A stretch of 64,000 nucleotides of DNA from Piedraia hortae CBS 480.64 (taxonomy: Eukaryota), in the NCBI GenBank assembly GCA_010093745.1, contig MU005964.1, forward strand, positions 124,001 through 188,000, read 5' to 3'. This document shows positions 58,020 to 64,000 of this stretch, piece after piece. Position 1 is the first letter of the stretch. Every line of letters starts with the position of its first letter. Both the position numbers and the translations under genes were made by a program. The notes beneath the pieces are model-generated. The model was not told the origin of the DNA, made no database searches, and saw only the letters and a list, made by a program, of their open reading frames with translations.

Positions 58020-58629
58020 TTATGCATCTTCTTGCTTGTTTTTCTTTTTCTTGGACCCACCAGAAGGTGCTTCGCCCGTCTTCTTCTGATGCACGATGAA
58101 TTTCGTGTAGCATTCTTCACGATCCCACTCAAAGCCGGCAAGATACGGCTCGTCCATTTCGTCATCTGCCTGATCAAAATCAATCATCAAGGATACAACA
58201 AGGACTTTTAACACACCTTCTTCTTAAACTGCTTGTGTATGGCATCGAGGGCATCCTTGATGGTAACGCCCTTGTTGTTGCGAGCAGTAACCTCCAGGCC
58301 TAATGGAAAGTGAAGGTCAATCTTCTTAATGGGAGGCGTGCACAGCAGCTTCTGAAGAGCCTCCTTGTCATCTACAGTCGACGGAGAAGTGTTTAACTTC
58401 CAATTCAGCTTTTGCGTCTCAGGTGCAATCTTGAGGTCAACGCCCTCCTTTTCTGCACAGATTGTCAGCTGGATATCACAGTCAAAGTACAGCACTAACC
58501 AAGGTCATTAATATTGAATACACCGCTGACGGTGCTGCTTGTTCTCCGGTGTCTTGGCTTTGACTCGGATGGAGACGCAGGAGCATCGTCAATGGCAGAG
58601 CCGGACTTGGATTGCTGTTCACCAGTCAT
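58020..58629 (-). CDS. Conserved fungal hypothetical protein
   Basis: Three exons joined by GT-AG introns: RHRRTSSTVSGVFNINDL | EKEGVDLKIAPETQKLNWKLNTSP...GVTIKDALDAIHKQFKKK | ADDEMDEPYLAGFEWDREECYTKFIVHQKK. Confidence 0.85.
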
Positions 58630-58641
58630 GATGAAGATGAA

Positions 58642-58672
58642 AGAGAGAGAGAGAGAGAGATAGAGAGAGAGA
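58642..58672. repeat. (GA)n microsatellite in the 5' region of the hypothetical gene
   Basis: AGAGAGAGAGAGAGAGAGATAGAGAGAGAGA. Confidence 0.9.
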
Positions 58673-59449
58673 AGGAGCGGGGAGGCAAGTTCCATGCGGG
58701 GATAGCCCCATGGACCTGAGCAGATGTCGCGTGACCTTCAGGTGACCATCAGGCACGCAATTGAGCCGGGACATTACGTCGAGATATCCTTTTGGTGAGA
58801 GTCATGGAAACAACTGTATGGCAGAACAGCAGTGATTCATCATCATCGTCATTCATACTCTATGTAGGCGCAGACTGCTCAGCCCTGGGCAGGTGCTCTC
58901 ATGAAGGCGAACAAGGCGTTGTGAAGTTGTGGGGAGGTGGGGTAAGCGCGGGGTGCACAGCGGTTGGCATTGACGCTAAGCAGGGGTTGCAAATGGTAAC
59001 ATGGGGTGACTGTATCGCTGAGTCATTGATGATCCTCCCGCTGTCGGGCAGAAAGATCTTGCTTCGGCTCCTCGGGGTGGGAGACTCCTGTGAGACTCCA
59101 TGTGGGTTTTCCACCAAGCCACTACGTATCTTGCATGAGAGGACGCAATAGCATGCCACATTCAAGGCACTGCCCAAAACATTTGAAATCAACCGCAATA
59201 TCCGATAGGGATCACTCCAGCGCCAAACACAAAGCAAAAAGAAAGATAGGCAGCCACACGTCCGTCCAGGCATCCGGTGAGTAAAGAAGGCTCATTTGGA
59301 CCCCGCATACGTGGCGTAATGCCTCACGTCGGCTCAGAAGCAGGGCTGAGGGAAGGCTTTGCCGCAAGGCTAGACTCCTCGGGTGCTTTAGAAATACTCG
59401 AGTTCGGCTCCAACGTAGTCCTACCGTTCTCTCTGTGATTCTCACAGCA

Positions 59450-60138
59450 ATGGCTAATGAATCACACCATCGTGCGGTTCGGAGCCGCCAGAACTCGCTT
59501 GCCCATGCGCGCAACATAACCAACACACCAGTCAAGCCTGAGGAAGACTGGACCAAGATGACCAACCTCGTAGAGAGGAGGCGGGTTCAGAACCGTCTTG
59601 CCCAGAGGAATTATCGTGCGTTAGTACAATATTAACTACGCACACAGCTAACCATCTAGGCAAACGAAAGAGGTTAAGCGAGTGCAGCGTCCGTCGCACA
59701 GAGCTGGAGCCAAAGTCGGAAGGCCACGTCGCCATGACACCAGCTTCAAGTTCTCCGATCTCCCCGTCCTATACATTGGAAGCAGAATCCACCGCGTCTT
59801 CGACTCTTGCAACCTCTCCGCTCGAGCTCACCCCTTATCAGCAACAACTCCCTTCATACTGTTCCCTGCCGATCAACATGAACCAGTCTGTTGGATACTT
59901 CGACTACCTGCCCTGGTCTATGGATCCAGCCACGTTCACGGGCGTGGAGCGGACGAACTCGTCGGAAAGGGATGTTACCAGTCCTCTTGAATGGGATGCA
60001 ATCAGTCCACTTGAGTGCTACCCTCCGATGATGAACCCACCCTCTTATGGAAACGCCCTCATGGCTGATCTGACGCCGCTGGGCGAAGATGAGTTGTGTT
60101 CAGCGTATGGATATTATGACAAAGTGATTGGACCGTAG
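59450..60138 (+). CDS. bZIP-like transcription factor (basic region clear, zipper degenerate)
   Basis: KPEEDWTKMTNLVERRRVQNRLAQRNY, intron 59616-59659 (GTGCGT...GCTAAC...TAG), then RKRKRLSE..., in frame with ORF 59734-60138. Confidence 0.8.
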
Positions 60139-60385
60139 CGGACACGATATTATGACTGGTAAATGTTCCCCAGGCTTTATGACTTCTGTTGATATACCGG
60201 GTAATATCTTGTAATACTTTTCATCCACTCTATATCAATTGCCAAGGGGTGGAGGTCCTCATGTTCGCCAAACACATAAAAGGGGTGCAGTCAAATATGT
60301 ACCCACTTCACAAACCTTCTATGAGGCTTGGAAAGTCAATCTACCGCGTCAGAGTCAACCCCACCACCAACATCAACTTAAGAAA

Positions 60386-61339
60386 ATGTCCCTCCAGCTA
60401 TTCGGCGGAAATATGTACCCTTCTCCCCCTTACAACCCTTGCACCCCTAACGTAGCCAGTCCATGGATGTCCCAAAACTGGACCGCGAGCGATGGTACGC
60501 TTTTCCCCCATCAATCCAACTCCCCTAACAGAGGTATGACAGATCGCGTGCGGGGGTATGTACTCCCTCTCAACCGACCAACTAACCTAACCAATCAGAG
60601 GGAAGAGTATCGTACGTTGTCCTCATACAAAAAAGACACCTCCCCTTCATGCGAATAGATGTTCCTCATGCGTCCGAATCGAACGAGGGTCCCCTCAAAA
60701 GCGCGAGTCCCCTAAAGAGGAGGAAAACTAACGGATAAACAGTCCCACCTAACCCCTCACGGCACCACAGCTCGCTTCTGGGGCACCCTTGACACGAAAA
60801 CCCTTGGCGGCGCGGGTTTCGCATCGCAGTACACAACCGGACACTGGGACCTGGAGCCCTACAGTGCTATTGAAATTACCATCCGGCCTTCGACGGAGGG
60901 GAACGGGGAGGGAGAGGAGGGCAGTTCCACGGGGGGGCAGAAGAGACTGCACACTAACGAACAACCATCCCCCAAGCCACAATCCCCCTCTAACCCCCAC
61001 CAACGAAACCCCACTCCACTCCCCAACAAGGGCAACTCCACGAACGCACACCCCCGAAGATTCACCTTCGTCATTCACGACCACCCCCCCTCCCTCCGCC
61101 CCGACGGACGGTTAAAGTCGCAAATCTCATGGGAGGGAATCTTCGAACCTCCCCCTTCGGGAGAAGGGAGGGTTAGACTGAGTTTCGATTCTTTCAGGCC
61201 TTTTTATCGGGGGCGGGAGGTGGAGGGAATGTTGGATAGGGGAGAGATACGTCGTATGGGGTTCATGATGAGGAGTTATTTTGGGGAACAGGAGGGGGGG
61301 TTCGGGGTGGAGATGGGAGGTGTGAGGGCTGTTGTTTGA
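60386..61339 (+). CDS. CIA30/NDUFAF1-domain protein
   Basis: Exons 60386-60414, 60460-60494, 60543-60555, 60599-60611 and 60743-61339 give LFGGN.PW...WTASDDRVRGGKS.SHL, FWGTLDTKTLGGAGFASQ, FRPFYRGR and MMRSYFGEQEGGF. Not captured by the ORF track. Confidence 0.88.
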
Positions 61340-61352
61340 GTCGGAGAGTAGT

Positions 61353-61404
61353 TGTTTTTGTCTTTTTTTCTTTTTCTTTTTCTTTTTCTTTTTTTTTTTT
61401 TTTT
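61353..61404 (+). repeat. T-rich low-complexity tract ((TTTTTC)n then poly-T)
   Basis: Read directly, just downstream of the CIA30-like stop codon. Confidence 0.85.
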
Positions 61405-61893
61405 GGGCGGGGCGGGGGGCGAGGTAAAGGGTTGGTTGGGGTATGAGGTCGGGGGTTTTCATTGTTGCACTTGCTCGGGAGGGATGCGTGGCTTGCTTCC
61501 CGGGTATAGGTTGATAACCTCGACATCACCGATTTCTTGTATGGTTCAAGCTACAAGGTGGTTCATAACTGCCAAAAATTGCATGAGTGTAGGCTACTCG
61601 AAACAGAGCAGAAAAATCTCTCCAGTAATTTTTCTCCTTCCAGGAGGATTGAATAAGACGAGGTCTCTGAAAATCCTATCCGGAATCAAGGATGAAACAT
61701 TTGACAATGGTCTTGATATATGCTGTCTGAGGGCCCGGATAGATTACATTTTCCCCGCCAGCGAGACTTCATCGGACGACTGCAATCACAAACGATCAAG
61801 TCATTCATTCATTTATCGAAAAAAAAAAAAAATCTTATCAATCACGTCTAAGGTATCCAAAAACGACAACGCTCAAACAAATCATCAATGTAT

Positions 61894-63793
61894 TCAATCC
61901 CTCCTCGTCGATCTCGCACTAGAAAACGACGGCCGTCTCGTACTCGTCGACCTCCTCTCATTAGGAAAACTTTCCCTCGTATTCACCCTATCAAGGTCAA
62001 ACGGGTTCGCATCATAAGTGACAGGTCCTCTTGAACCTGCTCTTCGTCTGCTCTGGTTCGTTTTTATTCGCTCGAAACGACCGTTCTCGTACTGTTCGTC
62101 GGGGTCGCGCTCTTCTTCTTCCTCTTCTTTGGCCTTTTCAGAGGGTTCTTCGTCGCCAAATTCCTCTGGCGAGGCATCGGGATTGGCCTGTTGTGCCTGC
62201 GTTTGGAGTTTGCGCAAGAAGGCTTCTGATTGTTGCGAGTACTTGCATTTTGCGCGGATAGTGGCGCCGTATTTGTAGAAGAGGAAGGGGAAGGGTACGC
62301 ATGCTAGGGCCAAGAAGGCGGGGATGGATGATGCCCAATGGATTCCAAGGTTTTTGTACATGTCGGTTGTGAAGAGTGGGAAGACGGCACCAAAAACGGA
62401 TCGCATGACGGCGTTGGCGGCCAAGACAGAAGCGGCGAATATGGTGTAAGCATCGATGAGGTAGTTCATGATGCCGAGGAAGACGAGAACCATTCCAAAG
62501 CCAAAGGGAACGCCAGCTGCGATGGAAACCATCCAGTGAACGCTGCGTCCGTTGGTCCAGGCGAACCAGAAAAGCCCAATAGGGATGGCAATGCCTCCAA
62601 TCATGGTCATCGGAAGACGGGCTTCTGGCGGTGCAAAGCCCTTGTGTTGGTCGGAAATCTTGCTATAGCGGACATTATCCCAGATGCAGTATGCGAGGGC
62701 AATGACCATGCCGACAGCAACTCCCATGAATGCAAGGCCGCCGATTCCAGCAGTCCAGTGTCTCTGCTTCTGATAGACAATGGGGAAGGCAGCAAACATC
62801 ATGTACAGCGTGCCATAGATGACAGCTGCGTAGAGGGAAAACAAGAAGACAATGGGCTCACGGAAGAGCAGAATCCATGGTCGCAGTAGGGACGTCTTGA
62901 AGACGTAGCCAAACGAGAGTTTGCCCTGATCAGCCTCGGCCTGGGAGATGTAGACCTTGCCAGTCAATTTGCTGAGCTTACTCGCTCGACGACGGAGAAT
63001 GACTGGGGCATAAGTTTCGGGGATCAACAAGGAGCCAATGATCCAGAAAACGCCAGTGAAGATGGCCATAACACCCATGACCCAGCGCCAGCCAACAGTC
63101 TGGCCAACAAATCCGCCAACCACGGGCCCAAGCACGGGACCCATGAAGGGAGCGGCAGCGAACAAGGCTGTGGCAAGGCCACGTTGCTTGGCAGCAAACA
63201 TATCAGCAATCACACCGCCCGAGTTGGTCAGGGGAGATGAGCCGATGGCGCCAGCAAAGAAGCGCATGACCACCAAGCCGGCAATGTTTGGGCTTCCCGC
63301 TACACCGGCATTGAAGGCCGTCATAACACCGTATGTGATCACATACAGGATCTGACGACCAAACAGCTCTGACAGCGGAGCCCAGAGTAAAGGCCCAACA
63401 GCGAAGCCGAGCACCTACAAGACTGTCAGTTGTGAAATGGAAATCAGTCAATGTACTTACGAAAAAGGTCAACCCTAGGGTAAATACTATTTGGCTAACG
63501 TGGAAATCGGTGATGATACCAACTCCACCACCGCCATACGCGCTGGACACAAAAGCCACAGCCAATGTAGCCATGGCCACCAGCGCGGTCAAGAACCATT
63601 TTGTCTTGTTGCTGTACAGCATGGGGTTTCTGGGGTCATTTGGAATCCAGTTGACAACGTAAGGATCTTCTTGGGTTCCGGATCCAGGGTATTTGTGATT
63701 CTGGACTTCGGGAGTGATGCCTTCGACATCGAACACTTGTTTCCATAGCGGGATGCGCGTCGACCTTTGCGACTCCAAATCCTTTTCCGTCAT
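61894..63793 (-). CDS. MFS drug:H+ antiporter (DHA1 family)
   Basis: WIPNDPRNP, intron 63460-63415, GPLLWAPLSELFGR, GGVIADMF, PETYAPVIL, PPEARL and NYLIDAY; 12-transmembrane pattern. Confidence 0.95.
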
Positions 63794-64000
63794 ACTGTGG
63801 TGCTGTGTCTGCTGTGGGCGCTCAGGAGAGCAGCGGGGTCTTATAGGCGGTGACGTAGTTTTGGCTGCAGCCTTTCGGGTGACGAATGATCCGAGAGGAG
63901 CGCCAATCGCGTCAACCGTTTCCGGCGGCCCAGCCTCGGCCGGTGAGCCGTCCAGTTAAAAACGAGCGGGCCGCGCCGACAAGCCACTCGTTGATCGCCA

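Noticed and set aside
60612..60742. Possible stwintron (nested intron) in the long CIA30-like intron
   Set aside because: The internal TAG lacks a branch point and its excision does not recreate a valid donor; a single intron keeps the frame.
61352..62017. 221-aa plus-strand ORF and poly-Lys minus-strand ORFs
   Set aside because: Derived from the T-rich tract and 3'-UTR sequence, with no domain features.

Overview
Gene-dense, intron-containing eukaryotic DNA from a filamentous ascomycete (Pezizomycotina; a compact Dothideomycete-like genome is my inference). There are about 33 protein-coding genes with very short introns (mostly 43-58 nt) and tiny or overlapping intergenic spaces. They are mainly housekeeping genes (RPL9, CHD1/hrp3, RLI1, PRP40, LSM8, RPP40, MON2, VPS9, BOR1-like, TSC10, mitochondrial ProRS, MAK21, MDM1-like, cdc28/PRP2). 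The rest include a self-sufficient CYP505 P450, PPN1, a CALB-like lipase, two bZIP-type factors, a CIA30-like gene built with micro-exons and a DHA1 MFS transporter. One dispersed 5S rRNA gene lies in a 3.8 kb island with no recognisable protein gene, and there is a 345-nt assembly gap. I found no recognisable transposon, tRNA or CRISPR array, and no clear-cut new multi-gene system. The most notable unexplained structures are a four-copy degenerate repeat carrying TTACGTAA-like cores beside a Yap/KapC-type bZIP gene, a 21-bp-phased triple CTTAGTCAGCAA repeat between PRP40 and LSM8, a decayed ~120-bp repeat array at 57.4-57.9 kb, long candidate 5'-UTR introns, a GC-AG intron, and recurring C-rich-to-G-rich skew switches. 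Gene models were spliced by eye and family calls come from recognised motifs, not database searches.
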